A stretch of DNA of 64,000 nucleotides from Octopus sinensis (Eukaryota). Of the stretch, positions 41,281 to 55,415 are shown in pieces (position 1 is the first letter of the stretch; every line of letters begins with the position of its first letter). Both the position numbers and the translations under genes were made by a program. The DNA is taken from assembly GCF_006345805.1 (NCBI RefSeq), contig NC_043000.1:61194001-61258000 (forward strand). The letters run 5' to 3'. The notes under the pieces are model-generated. The model was given only the letters and a program-made list of their open reading frames with translations. It searched no databases and was not told where the DNA came from.

Positions 41281-42547
41281 TTAAAAAATATGTATTCTGC
41301 CACTCATATTTATAAAGTTTTAGCCAGTAGAGGAAAGGTTCTTGGTGCATTGTGAAAGAAACTTATATTCAGACGGGAAACTTGGCAGAAGTGCATGTAT
41401 CGCACACGTGTAACAAAGACAAATATAAGCAGGTAGCCACAAATACACCATCTTGCACCTACTCGCACACATACACACATACACACACATTCTCTCACAT
41501 ACAACATTTCTACGCAAACTTACGCATACATAGTGTCGAGGTGATTTTGCTCGAATTTTCCAAAATTAGTAACCAATCGACAATAATAAATCGTCGTTTT
41601 TACGTTCAATCATTATAATTAAAACCGATTATTAATTTTCGTGAAAGGAAAAACTTTGAAGAAGCTGTTTAATTACAATTAAGTAACGTCTAAAGTTATT
41701 GTTAATTTCATTTTTATACATTCTATTTCGTATTATGAATATTATAATGATAAAATTGAGACAAAATTTTCATGGTGATGATTGTTTTTGTATTTTCACC
41801 AAAACGAAGTAAACACGTCGTATACATTTTATTATTCCATGTTGCTTATATAAACAGCTTTCTATATTCATTAATATTTCCTCTCTATGGGAGTGTTTAA
41901 CGCACGCATAAACACATACACTCACGCACAAACACATAAAGATGCATATTAACTGCTTGCATGCTTCATTTTCCAAGGCCGTCTATCAAATTCAATGGTG
42001 GCTATATTCTCCTTAGTTGTGGATCCTTTGATAATTGCACCTGATAAAGAATAGCAGCAACAAGAGTCCAGTCAATAAAGAATTGTGATTACTGCTACCA
42101 ATGATGCTCATACTAAGTATGTTCACGATTGAGGGAACAAAAGATGTGAAGATATTACATCTTCCTAAATGCACCTTATAGTTGCGACTGCAGTGTCCAG
42201 CCTTGAGATCTAAGATCCACATAGGAGAACATAACAGCAAAAGGAACTTTATGGTGTTGTTGAACGTGGACATTTCACAGTAACACACTTTGCTATGAAG
42301 TGGGTAACTCCGGTGACACACATGCGCGCATGCACAAACACACATACACACACCTTTATACCCACTATCACATATACATACGTAAAACAGATACACACAA
42401 ATGATAAGACTAAAAGCTGAGTCAAGTAGGAAACAAACAAGAAATACTACACGGAGTTGAGAAAGTGTGTGTACGCGCTTGAAAACCGTATATATTTATA
42501 TATTTATATTTATATTATATTATATTATATTTATACATATATTTATA

Positions 42548-42720
42548 TATAATTGCAGCGTGGAAGGTGTTTGTAAGCCATTTTAGAAACACACAAAAGC
42601 CGTTCGATTCACTTCAACATTTAAGTTTAATTTGTCAAAATATTTTCGTCGCTTTAAGACCGCGACTTGTTCACTGACAAAAATCCGTGCTGCATCTGAA
42701 AAAGCAACAGTTAGTTCGTT
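42548..42720 (-). mobile_element. ~170-bp element between TA-rich microsatellites carrying a variant hammerhead
   Basis: CpG-containing island with the fold described for 42631-42681. Confidence 0.6.
42631..42681 (-). ncRNA. Minimal type-I hammerhead ribozyme variant with G3-C8 core swap
   Basis: TTTGTCA-GTGAACA-A-GTCGC(GGTCTTAAA)GCGAC-GAA-AATATT-T-TGACAAA: 7-bp stem I, 5-bp stem II, palindromic stem III. Confidence 0.65.
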
Positions 42721-44364
42721 ATATATATGTACGTATGTATGTATGTATGTATGCACGCATGTATGCATGCATGTATGTATGTACGTACGTACGCATGTGT
42801 GTATCTATGTATGTATGTATGTACGTGTGTATATGCACGCACACACACTCTATAAACTTAAAGCTATAAACCTGTAGTGGTGGATAGGTGTAGACTGACC
42901 ACTCATCACAACAATATCAAATTTCAACCTCCCCCGCCTAAACTAGGAAGTGATTTAAGACCCTTACCCCCACGACAAAACTCTAAAACCTATTATCAGC
43001 CATTTATCTCTATATCTCAAAACATTTGTATTTATATCTTTCATGTTAACAAAAATCTCAAATCAAAAAAAGTAACAAAGGTGTGTACGATGAAGTTTAA
43101 TATCCAAACAGAGAAAAAGAAGAGAATCTGACGATTCGAGGGAGGTAAAAAAAATACAGGAAAAAGAGTTGAGATTATTCCTGGATACCATAAACAGAGT
43201 TTTCTTCGTCACCGTTTATATGGAGCTAATCAACAACATCAATACGATTATCTTTGCTTTACCTAAACCTGAAATAATGTCGTCTGTTTCTCTAAACTGG
43301 CTCTTCACGTATCTTCTCATATCTTGAATAAACCATTGGTATCCTCTTCTCCTGTCACTCTTACTGTGCTTTTCCTCCAGATCCCGCTCAAAACACTTTG
43401 TCCAGTTATACATCGATATAAATGCACCCCCTACATCTCTTTTTACTCACATTTTTCGTACAGCTGCATGACCTACAATCTTAGCGCGTTCCCCTGAGTA
43501 AGAGTAAAAGATATTCGTTCGAAAACTAACATAAACCCTACCCTGCACTTATTTTATTTCTTGGAATATTTCTTAAATAACATTCCGTATATTCCGTAAT
43601 AATTTCCCTTTTACATACAAACTTTTGTCAGTCTAATTAAATATATTACCAAGCACTAAACAAAAATATAAAATAAAAATTTGAAATCCAGAACACACTA
43701 AGATAAAGCGATCGTTATGTGTAACATACATTTTACTGCTACGTGTTAGTGAATATTTAAGTGTGTTGGCAGTTAGAGATACCCATGAGTATTTCTTTTC
43801 TTTAGCATACTTTTATTAGCTTACAAATTAGACAACGACAAACCCCAAAGCAATTTAAGAGTTAGAATTTATATGTATTGATTTAAAATATTCGTTAATG
43901 ATAATTTTCTTCACTTTAATCGGCAGCTGTAAGCCATAAAAAAAATTCAAAGCGTAAATGTTTACAAATTTTTATCCACAGGTGTCAATAATTCACAATC
44001 TACAATGAAATTTTAGAGACATCAATGTGGAGACGAAGTGCTTTCATAGCTGTGATGGCTTTTGCATTCCTGTCCTATATTTATAGTGTATATCGATTGA
44101 TTTATTTTGAATAAACAGAAAACTATTTTACAAGGTAAGATTAAATTTTGGTGCAGTTGTAATAGATTGTAGATGATCCTGCTGATATTTAGATACAGAG
44201 AGGTGAGGAACTAAACACTGCAAACAATTATGCATTGGGTTCTCTGCTAACAGAGTATAGACGTGGACGCTAGATGACTGCATTTGCAGAGAAAGAGAAA
44301 CAGACGAATAACTTCTCATTTCGGTTCAAATTTTATAATATTTATATTAGTATTACGTTACGTC

Positions 44365-44752
44365 AAGGCGGCGAGCTGGCAGAAACGTTAGCAGTATTTC
44401 GTCTGCCGTTACATTCTGAGTTCAAATTCCGCCGAGGTCGACTTTGCATTTCATCCTTTCGGGGTCGATAAATTAAATACCAGTTGCGTAATGGGGTCAA
44501 TATAATCGACTGGCCCCCTCCCCCAAAATTTCGAGCCTTGTGCCTAGAGTAGAAAAGAATAGCTAGCATGCGGGGTAAAATGTTTAGCTGTATTTCGTAC
44601 GTCATTGCATTCTGAGTTCAAATTTCGTCGGAATCAACATTGCCTTACATCTTTAGGGGTCGATAAAATAAGTACCAGTTAAACACTGGGGACAATGTAA
44701 TCGACTTACCTCTCCCTTGAAATTGCTGGCCTTGTTCCAAAATTTGAAACCA
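44365..44752 (+). mobile_element. Two tandem SINE B copies (tail type 2)
   Basis: ggcggcgagctggcagaaacgttagc...ctgagttcaaattccgccgaggtcgactttgcatttcatcctttcggggtcgataaa...ccttgtgcctagagtagaaaag; second copy from ~44575. Confidence 0.92.
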
Positions 44753-45447
44753 GTATTACTTTACACTGAGTAAACTCAAGTACTTATTTAACTAAGTAAT
44801 TCAGTACTACACAAGGTTGGTAAAACAATCCTATTTGTGAATTTAATTTACTCTCGGCTCTTTCAAAATATTTCGTTGAGAATTAAATTCAAAATTGCAA
44901 AGAAAACGTGAATAATAATTAATTTCATTTTTAGAAACGTCAAACTTACCTTATTGAACAGAAGATATACGTCATTCAGATTTCTAACAAGTGAAGAATT
45001 ACTTTCCAACTCGATATTTATTTTAAAGAAATATAAAAGAAAAAAATCTTGTAGCTTACCAAACAAGAACTGACGAATGAAAAATGCTATGAGGAATACT
45101 TCTAATAAATGAAAATAAATTGCAATGTATGTATTTTAATATCGCAGCCCATGCGTACATGGTTAAAGCAATAGTCACTTCAATCAAATAAGAAAGGTAA
45201 AATAAGAATAGTTGTAAAGAGAGACAGGTTGCCTGATCTAACAAAACGTATCTGGGGGGGATAAAAGTGTTATAAAATCTATTATGAGGATGTTACTAAG
45301 CTATTTCGGGAAGAAGTAAATCACAAGAAAACAAATACGTGAATTAATATAGACTTGTATTCAATATTGAACACAATGTTCGCATTCTTTTGGCCTTACC
45401 CTCGATCCTTTATACAATATATTCTACACAATGCTTCATAGTAATTA

Positions 45448-45506
<59 letters not shown>

Positions 45507-45537
45507 GCATGTATCCATGTATGCATGTGTATATATA

Positions 45538-45608
<71 letters not shown>

Positions 45609-45763
45609 TATATGTAGAAGGTTGAAAAGGAACACACGAGTTAATAAGACAAGGTAGAAAATGCTAAAATCATGTTGTCATGAAGAACATTTTAGTACCG
45701 GTTTCAGTCTTTGTGACCTTTCATGAAAAACAATTAAATGCAAGGGACATTTTCCTTTATATA

Positions 45764-45809
<46 letters not shown>

Positions 45810-48071
45810 TTGCTTAAATTTGCTTTCATGTTAAAAATTGATAATGTTAACGACAACAAAGAATACATGGTGACATTTTACCCTAAACTCTGAATAAAGT
45901 ATGCATAATTTTTATTATAACAAGTAAAGTAACGAAATATATTAAAATGTTTTGTTTTAAAAGACAACATATCTTAAACAAAGTCCCGAACTTTTTATCC
46001 ATGTTTTTTACATTTTAAAAAAAATCTATGGTGATTTTCTACTGTAGGGTATATACTTAAACAGCTCAAATATCCGAAACGCAGTTTCGTTTTTCATAAA
46101 AACCGTTAGCCGAAATTAGTTTGGACTGTATATTTTCATAAATTGTGCCCTGGAAATTTCGCAGAGAAAAAAAAAATTCCGAAAAAATCTTCGTTTTAGT
46201 TCTTTTCGGCTTAAATTATGTGTCAAATCTCAGCTGCAATACGATATGTCAAGTGAAAAAATATACAGGTTACACTCGAAATGGTAATTATTCAAAATTC
46301 TGACCGTAACCTGTATATTTTCGCATATGATATATTATGCTGTTATTATCAATTCACTGCATGAGCTATTTTAAAATTATGAAAACATTTTTTTTCCCCA
46401 GAAAGGTTTGAAAGGTTAATTGATCAACTAAAATAACAATATCCATCAAAAATAAAATGAATAATTCATAACATATTCTAATTAACTGTTCACTTTCCCC
46501 TCTTATTCGTGGGATGTGCAAATTGAATGTACAACAATAATAGTTTCATTTTCATTTTTCCATCACTCATCCGTTATATAGAAACAATTATGGCAGGCCG
46601 TTATAATATATTTAAACATTACGAACCATTCGATTCTTTTAGCAGGATTGCTAAAAGAGAGCAGTTCACCCGATATAAAAAATGTTTTTCCACCATGCAT
46701 TAGGCTTTATAGAAAATGGGATATATGCCCTTCCACCGTCTGATTTCCGGCTTCCTGAGTACTCTGTATCTTCATAAGCTTCTATTTTCTCTTTAACATG
46801 TGCAGATGATAAAAGCTAGTGATATATGGAATCGACTTCTCTGCAAAGATTAAATTCTATTTTGCGTATTACAAAACCCCACTTTATCAGTTTCACTCTC
46901 AGAAATACAGCAAACCAAGGATTATGGTCTAGAAAACCTATACACGAGGACATATTTTTTCACAAATTGCCGCTTAAAAAGTTACTATGAGAATGCCCGC
47001 ATGCATATACACACACACAGACACACACACACACACACACACACAGACACACACACACACACACACAGACACACACACAAACACACACACATACACACAC
47101 ACACATATATATATACACAAAGCACATATATTACTAGACACACACACACAAAGACACATATATACACATGTATATGCATATACGTACTGAAAAATGCAGC
47201 AATCTTTCAAAGCTGTACGTACAGCTTTATATATTTACATGACTGCAAAAGCTAAAATATACTATTACACTCACAACAGTAGAAATACGTAAACCATTGG
47301 GTTAGATACAGACGTAAATTTCTATTCAAGCTATTACATAAGAATTATTAAGGTATAACAAACTTTAGAATGTTGAAAGCCAGTAAATGACAATAACCAT
47401 CGAAAACCTTACAACAACAAGATAAAAATGAAACATCTACTCATACTGCTACAAATTGAAGACAGATGTTCCTCAAATTACACCGAACTGTCCCCCAAAA
47501 TGGAAAAAAAAATTGTGATAGAAAACAAAACACTTGGATATTTCTGATTTTTTTCTTTTTCTGATAAAGACTGGCCTCTTAAAACTGAAAAACCTCTTAC
47601 AATGGATCAACGTGATCAAGATTAACCCGGAGTTTTTATTAACGGTGGAAGAAGAATGAATCACTCGTAAGCCAACTGAAATTGAAGCCTGCATACAAAA
47701 GTTTTCAAGATGCAATAAGCTGGAATGCTTATATAATGCTGTACTATTGGTTTCCTATAAGTGTGTCTTCGTTATTTTTCAATAAAAATATTTTTATGTA
47801 TTGCAAAAATGGTGACGAATTTTCCTTTGTGTGTTAAGGTAGAAATAAAAGTAAACATTTAATGAGCATATTACTGAAAGAACGGAAAACAAAATGTCAG
47901 TATATAGACCTAGTGAATTGCATTCATTGCCAACATTTTCATATTTTTATTATAGAAGACAAACAAATGGCATTTACCAGCAGTGGAGACATAAAAAATA
48001 GTTTAAATTATTTCATGAGGATTTATTATACACATGCAAGCGTATTCGAACATATGCTTACTTACAACAAG

Positions 48072-48110
<39 letters not shown>

Positions 48111-48126
48111 ATATATAATATATATA

Positions 48127-48196
<70 letters not shown>

Positions 48197-49216
48197 TGTA
48201 TATATGGATATATGCATATATATGTATATAAATAAATACATACCAATATATATCTATATATATATATACATGTATATACACGCATATTCCAGTATATACA
48301 TAGATACATAAATATGTATGCAATACATAAACATACATACATATACACACATACATAAAGTTAATCCTTTCTTAGTTTAAAACAATCCAAATACCAATAC
48401 TAAATGATTTATGGCAGCCATTTTAAAAATAGAGTGAAATGACAGTGCAAAGAGGGCCATTAAAAAGCCCAAACCGTCATAACACTTTTCAATACTGTCA
48501 AAATAGCTGTCTGAATATAAAAGCAACATTTAATTTTATTGCTAGGAATATGATGGAAGAGAATTCACACACGACAAGAAGAATCAATAGAGTTCTCAGG
48601 CTCTTTTTTTTGAAATAGTAATATAGCGTAGTGGTTCAGGTGCAAAACTACTCTCACACAAACCACGGTTATAAATTTATTAAGGATGCCAAATTAAAGT
48701 ACCTCAGACTCCCGAGGTTTCTCATGGGGAAAATTCGTAGGTTTTCTTGTAGACGTTGTTCTATTTTGGAATGTTTAATTATACATTATTACATAAGCTT
48801 ATTTTTTTAATATTAATGCCTCACTAATTCTCTGAATCACGTGAAGTACAGGAAACATTTCCCTGGTGTCCATACATCATATATGATATGCATTCCCAAT
48901 TTTTCTCGACCGACACAGTAACTGGGGTCTTGTGAAAGAAATCTTTATATTATTCAGAATATATAAAACAAGGGCTTAATAAAAGACTAGTAAAAAAAAT
49001 GTACTTTTAAGATAGGCTTATAAAAGTACCTTGAAATACTGAAAGGGTTTGAAACAATGGATAAAGCGGCGAGCTACAGAATCCTTAGCACGGCCGGGCT
49101 AATTGCTTAATGGTATTTCTTCCGACTCTTTACCATCTGACTCATACGGCTGGGAAGCAAACCTTCTTACTACATAGCCACGCTTGTGCATATCTATCTA
49201 TCTATCTATCTATCTA

Positions 49217-49271
<55 letters not shown>

Positions 49272-49327
49272 ATATCTATCTATCTATATATCTATCTATC
49301 TATCTATCTATCTATCTACCTACCTAC

Positions 49328-49368
<41 letters not shown>

Positions 49369-49417
49369 CTATCTATCTATCTAGCCATCTATCTAGCCAT
49401 CTATATTCACAGGCACA

Positions 49418-49456
<39 letters not shown>

Positions 49457-50159
49457 ATGTGCGTGTATGTGTGTGTTTGTGTGTATGTATATAGAGATGT
49501 ACAGATCTATATGCACACATCTTATGGAAATAGACAGGCATACATACATGCATATACACATAGAGAGAGATAGAGAAAGAGAAGTGTAAGATAGAGATAA
49601 AGAGAGATTCGATCTGTTGGTCGTTGTAAACCACATTATGAAAGACACCAAAATTAGAAAGAGTATCATTACTTGGCATTCATCGTCTTCTTAGAGAAAG
49701 TAATAGTAGTAATAGTAGCAGTAATAGTAATAGTAGAAGTAGCAGCAGCAGCAGCAGTATAAGCAACAAAAACATGAACCAGCTGTGCTTCTTTGTACAA
49801 AGTGTAAGAGTTTTTGTTTAATATTTTAATTTTATATATTGAATAATTTACATTTGAAGAGAAGATAAATCTTTCCTACAGAAATTTCAAAATTCTTCTA
49901 ATCCTAAACAACGAGTTGTCGATAGAAAATGCTCAGGTGACTTATATTGCCAGGTGCATAATAACTAGCTTTTCTGCCCAGCACTGCCATGTGTTGCTTT
50001 GTTCCATACACCAGCAATGCGGTAGAGCTCAGGAAAGTTTCGTTCGTCTTGACTTCAGGTGTCATCAGAAGCCACAAATTCATGCTGGTCTCATCTGACT
50101 AGGAGTCAGTCTGTGTCACATCGGCACCAACCACCCACCCACCCACACGTACGCTGCTT

Positions 50160-52621
50160 TTGTCAGTTTGTGGTTCCAGTTCCGTACTGAAATGATGTTA
50201 TTGCCTATGTGTTTGCTACATGAATTTTATTCCATCCAGGCAGTTTTGAGCGCAACACTACTCTTAGTCGTCGGAAATATTCTTTTCGCAGTTGTTCTTT
50301 CATTTCCTTCTCCATGATTTCATTGAGCTCTAGTACGACAAGGTATTTATACCCTTCCTTTTCCATTTGTTTACAACACTTCCCCATTTGGTAATTGTAT
50401 CCTTGACAGGGATTGTACTTTGCTTCTTTTCAGGCTCATTATACTACACGCCTTGTGTCCGAATTCCATCTTAACATCAGCAGCAATGTAGTGGACCGTG
50501 TTCACCAGGTAACCTACTTGTATCCCATCCTTGCCATACAGCTTCATATCATTCATGAAGAGGAGATGGTTGATTCTTCGTATTTTTCCCTTGAACTGAT
50601 ATCCCTGGTTCGCTTTCCTCAGCACCAAAGTCAGAGGAATGATGCAAAGTACAGAAAGAAACGGCGATAATCCATCTCTTTGGAAGATCCCTCTTATGAT
50701 GCTCAGGATATTCAATATTTGTCTGTACGATGTCGACTCAGTTTTACAACCCATCATACCCCTCTTCAGAAAATATCTTACATTTCCTGCAATTCTAAGC
50801 AGTCAATGATCCGCGGATGTGGAATCATATCGTAAGTTTTGCGGTAATCAATCCAGGCCATTCCAAAATTTGTGCTTCTTCCCTTAATAATCTTGCATTA
50901 CCACTTTGTCCTTAGTATCTCTGCATTTCCTCCTACAAACTTTGTTTCATTGGTAAAATGTCATTTTTATTAAGAAATTTGTACATTTCTTCTGGAATCC
51001 CTCCTGACAGTACCTTCCACAATCATAGAAGGCATGGAATCGGCCTGTAGTTGCCGGCCTGTAATTCCTTTCGATACATCCTTCAAGCACAACACAATTT
51101 GTCCTTTGGTCAACCACCCTGGGATCTCTTCTGCTCCGTTACTCATTACATTAAATTGCTCTGCAATCAATTTCTGGCACGACCTGTACATTATCAAGTC
51201 ATGCTGCTTTCCAATTGCTCATATTTTTGCTAATATTTCTGCTACTGTCCACAGTAAAGAGGATAGCTTCTAGCTGGGTATAATTAGCTGTAATTTCAGA
51301 CTGTAGAGCTGTTCAGCTACAGCATTGTGTTGCTCTGCTTTATTCCATATCTCACCCCACAAGTATCGATTTCCATTTGCTTCAAGAACTAATCTTCCGC
51401 ATTAATTTCTTGATAAAATCTTCTGTGGTCGATTCTATACAATTGGGTTTGCTGGCATTGTTTAATCTGATGCTCAAACATTGTTAGCTTTGCTTTCTTG
51501 GTAAGTATGCGCTGCTTCAGCTCTTCGGTCACAACATTCAGTCTTTTTGTATCAACACTATACTTTTTCAAGTTTTCAACTTTACGATCAGTCTTCAATT
51601 CTCCTTTTCCTTTCCTGTCAAGTACTGATACTATTCTGATTAGATAGCTTATATCTTCTGATATTCTCCTTTACCGCGAAGGTTGTTTATTGCCTTTTTT
51701 GTCCGTTAATGTTCTGTTCACATTGATCTTCAATTCCATCCTTTTTGCAACAGTCGTACCAGAATCCTTGATGAGTTTATTTGTTTGTGAGATGTTCTTT
51801 ATTTCAATGGGTTTCAATACATTATTGACTTTACTTGCTTCTTGATTTAGTCGCCATTGGTCAGCCTTCTTGAAGCCACTCATAAATTCTTTCTCTTCAG
51901 CATTTAATTGATCCCAAATAATATTTATTATCATCTGATTTTCACCGCTTAAATGTTCTCTGATTTCGGTTATTTCACTGCTCACACCAGTATAATCTTG
52001 TGAGCAATTGTCTATTTCTTTCATCATGTTACTTTCGTTTCTCATATACTCAACATTAACTCATACCCTTCTTGTGATATCTACTAACTGCAATTCTGAT
52101 AACCACTCAATCTTTCATATTGTTTTTGCCTGATCACATAATATCAGTTCAGTAATTCCAAACAGTTGCGCCTCCTTCTATTCTCTGTGCATTCGTTGTC
52201 TGTATCCTCTGACTACACGCCATTTGCTTTTACTGGCATGCTCCATAATCATCACGTTTACTTGGTTACTCAACTTTGGTCCTGCAGCATGGCTAGCAGT
52301 TGCTGGATTAAGACCAGGCCCAACCCGCTGCACGATGGGACACATGCCGGGTGCGCGTCTTCACCATTGGCCCCAGTCTCGTTCTGGCCGTTATCGTTAG
52401 CTGTTTTGCCTGACATTTTCTCTCATAAAGGAGGTACGTTTTATGGTCACTACCAACCAATATTTTTATCGAGACACCATCTCTAGGAAGTCTGCTGACC
52501 AAGTAGTAACAAGCCGTGCTCCCCTGATTTTGATGTTAGGGTGGTCCTACTAGTTTGATTGCCGTCCAAAGCAAACGAGATCAACCTACATGGAGGACTG
52601 GCTGTCAAAAGCATCAGACCC
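50160..52621 (-). mobile_element. R4/Dong-type (RLE clade) non-LTR retrotransposon, decayed; 5' region present, 3' end missing
   Basis: Successive broken ORFs: GYRQRMHRE..ELILCDQAK..WLSEL; QIKQCQQTQLYRIDHRRFYQEIN; EIPGWLTKGQIVLCLKD..KG; RT motifs RGIFQRDGLSP and INHLLFMNDMKLYGK, MEFG; GYKYL..EYFRRLRVVLRSKL..NKIHVANT. Confidence 0.9.
52545..52621 (-). ncRNA. Decayed HDV-like ribozyme candidate at LINE 5' end
   Basis: GGGTCTG(P1)...GCCAG(P2) TCC TCCATGT(L3) AGG TTGATCT(P1') CG TTTGC..GCAA(P4) TCAAA CTAGT(P2'); four deviations from the canonical fold. Confidence 0.35.
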
Positions 52622-52728
52622 GCGCCTTTTCATTCCCTTCACCTGCTAACTCCAAATAGCTTCACTGTTAGAGACTGTTTTGCGTAGGCAATTGGGGCAT
52701 TTTATAAAAGATTCCCGCATTAACAATC

Positions 52729-52750
52729 TTCTTTTTCTTTTCTTCTTCTT

Positions 52751-52781
<31 letters not shown>

Positions 52782-52796
52782 TTATTATTATTATTA

Positions 52797-52837
<41 letters not shown>

Positions 52838-53140
52838 TATTATTATTATATTATTATTATTATTATTATATTATTATTATTATTATATTATTATTATATT
52901 ATTATTATTATTTTATTATATTATTATTATTATATTATTATTATTATTATTATATTATTATTATTATTATTTATATTATATTATTATTATTATTATTATT
53001 ACTATTATTATTTATATATTATTATTATTATTATTATTATTATATTTATATTATATTATTATTATTATTTATATTTTATTATTATTATTATATTTATATT
53101 ATTATTATTATTATTATTGTTATTATCATTATTATTATTT
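52729..53140. repeat. (TTC)n followed by long imperfect (TTA)n
   Basis: Directly visible; explains ORF 52680-53177. Confidence 0.95.
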
Positions 53141-53656
53141 TCATCATCATATACTATTTCAAATGAACGAGACATAAATTAATGACAGAGAATCAATATA
53201 ATTACTGCAGTCCAATAAGAAATTGTCATGTATCCTTTCAGTCGGAAAGGAATTTTTAAGATGCTTTTCTACTGATAATTAGGACATGATTCTAATAAGA
53301 TTGGTATACATTAGTATGAAGTTCCTGATCGATGATTTATTAAAACAAAACAAAGATATCGACTGCTTTCTTAATCACGAAATTACACTTTCTCATTTTG
53401 GAGATTAATAATTTTCTTTCATTTATGCCGTTCTTTCAACTTCATATTTTGATGCAGAAAGTTTACGATCTGGTTGCTGTTTTGTCTGACAGTTGTTTTT
53501 CTATCTCACACTCTAGACACCGCTATCTAAAACAAAAATAAATGAGAAAAAAGAGAAGCAGACATTATCATGCATACACATACGTTCACGAGCGCAAGCA
53601 CAGCAACACACAGTCACATACATACACACACACGTATAAGTGTATATATGTAATGC

Positions 53657-53712
<56 letters not shown>

Positions 53713-53724
53713 ATACACACACTT

Positions 53725-53765
<41 letters not shown>

Positions 53766-53814
53766 CACTTATTATGTATGTACATACATATAATAGACAA
53801 TGTATGTTAATATA

Positions 53815-54445
53815 TACTCTTTTGCTCTTTTACTCTTTTACTTGTTTCAGTCATATGACTGCGGCCATGCTGGAGCACCGCCTTTAGGCGAGCAAATCGA
53901 CCCCTAAGCCTAGTACTTATTCTATCTTTTTCTTTTGCCGAACCGCTAATTTACGGGGACCTAAACACACCAGTATCGGTTCTCAAGCGATGTTGGGAGG
54001 AAAAAACATAGACACAGAAACACACACACATATATACACATATATAAAGGCGGTGAGCTGGCAGAAACGTTAGCACGCCGGGCGAAATGCGTAGCCGTAT
54101 TTCGTCCGCCGTAACGTTCTGAGTTCAAATTCCGCCGAGGTCGACTTTGCCTTTCATCCTTTCAGGGTCGATAAATAAAGTACCAGTTACGCACTGGGGT
54201 CGATGTAATCGACTTAATCCCTTTGTCTGTCCTTGTTTGTCCCCTCTATGTTTAGCCCTCTGTGGGCAGTAAAGAAATATATATACACATAAATATATAC
54301 GACGGGCTTCATTCAGTTTCTATCTACCAAATCCATTCAGAAGGCTTTGGTCGGCCCGAGGCTATAGTAGAAGACACTTGCCCAAGGTACCACGCAGTGG
54401 GACTGAACCTGGAAGCATGTAGTTTGGTAAGCAAGCTATTTACCA
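53815..54445 (-). mobile_element. SINE A split by full-length SINE B
   Basis: A tail half at 53815-54030 and head half at 54298-54445. Confidence 0.9.
54047..54280 (+). mobile_element. Full-length SINE B (tRNA head, Meta/Sauria-like domain, tail type 1)
   Basis: A box ggcggtgagctggcagaaacgttagc, B box gagttcaaattcc, central cctttcatcctttcagggtcgataaataaagtaccag, tail ending ...agtaaagaaat. Confidence 0.92.
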
Positions 54446-54914
54446 CGCAGCCACTCCTACGCCTGTATGTTAATATATATTTTATGAGACGTATTTATAA
54501 TACAGTTATTGAATGTTTCCACGAAGTATATATGATAAACATGTATGTCTTTATAGATGTGTAATTATATACACAAAATATATGTGCATCGGTATGTCTG
54601 TCTATTTGTTACAGCCGATCTGTATCCATACAAGGACACACTCAAACGAATATGTGTGTGCATGAATGGGTCTGAAATGTGTTAAATGTACAGCGACTAA
54701 CTATTGATTTCAGTTTTGTTATTCATATTCTTTCATAATTATTTATTTTCCACTAAACTCTCCTCTGTCTGTTGAACCGTGAAAATTCCAAGTCATTGCC
54801 AGATCTAATCTAATAATAATAATAATAATAATAATATATGCATGTGTGTTCATGCATGAGCGCGTGAATATGTGAAAATATGTGTGTGTATGTCGGGGCA
54901 CTGATATTTTGTCG

Positions 54915-54988
<74 letters not shown>

Positions 54989-55003
54989 GTATGCATGTTC
55001 TTT

Positions 55004-55236
55004 TATTCTTTTACTTGTTTCAGTCATTTGATTGCGGCCATGCTGGAGCACCGATTTTATTCGAACAAATAGACCCCAAGACTTATTATTTTAAGCCTGC
55101 TACTTATTCTATCGATATCTTTTGCCGAACCGCTAAGTTTCGGCTGTCAAGCGATGGTGGTGGACAAATATAGATACACAAATATACATACAACATATAT
55201 ACATACATATACATACATACATACATACATACTACA

Positions 55237-55271
<35 letters not shown>

Positions 55272-55415
55272 CTACGAAGGGCTTCTTTCAGTTTCCGTTT
55301 CCCAAATCCGCTCACAAGGATTTGTTCGGTCCGAGGCTATAATAGAAAACACTGACCCAAGGTGCCGGCATGTGGTTGGGAAGCAAGCTTCTTACCACAC
55401 AACCACGCTACGCCT
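55004..55415 (-). mobile_element. SINE A
   Basis: Colinear with other A copies; internal (TACA)n. Confidence 0.9.

Noticed and set aside
43216-43413. Minus ORF MYNWTKCFERDLEEK... with a donor-like end
   Set aside because: The acceptor is purine-rich; more like a decayed RTE-type C-terminus than an exon.
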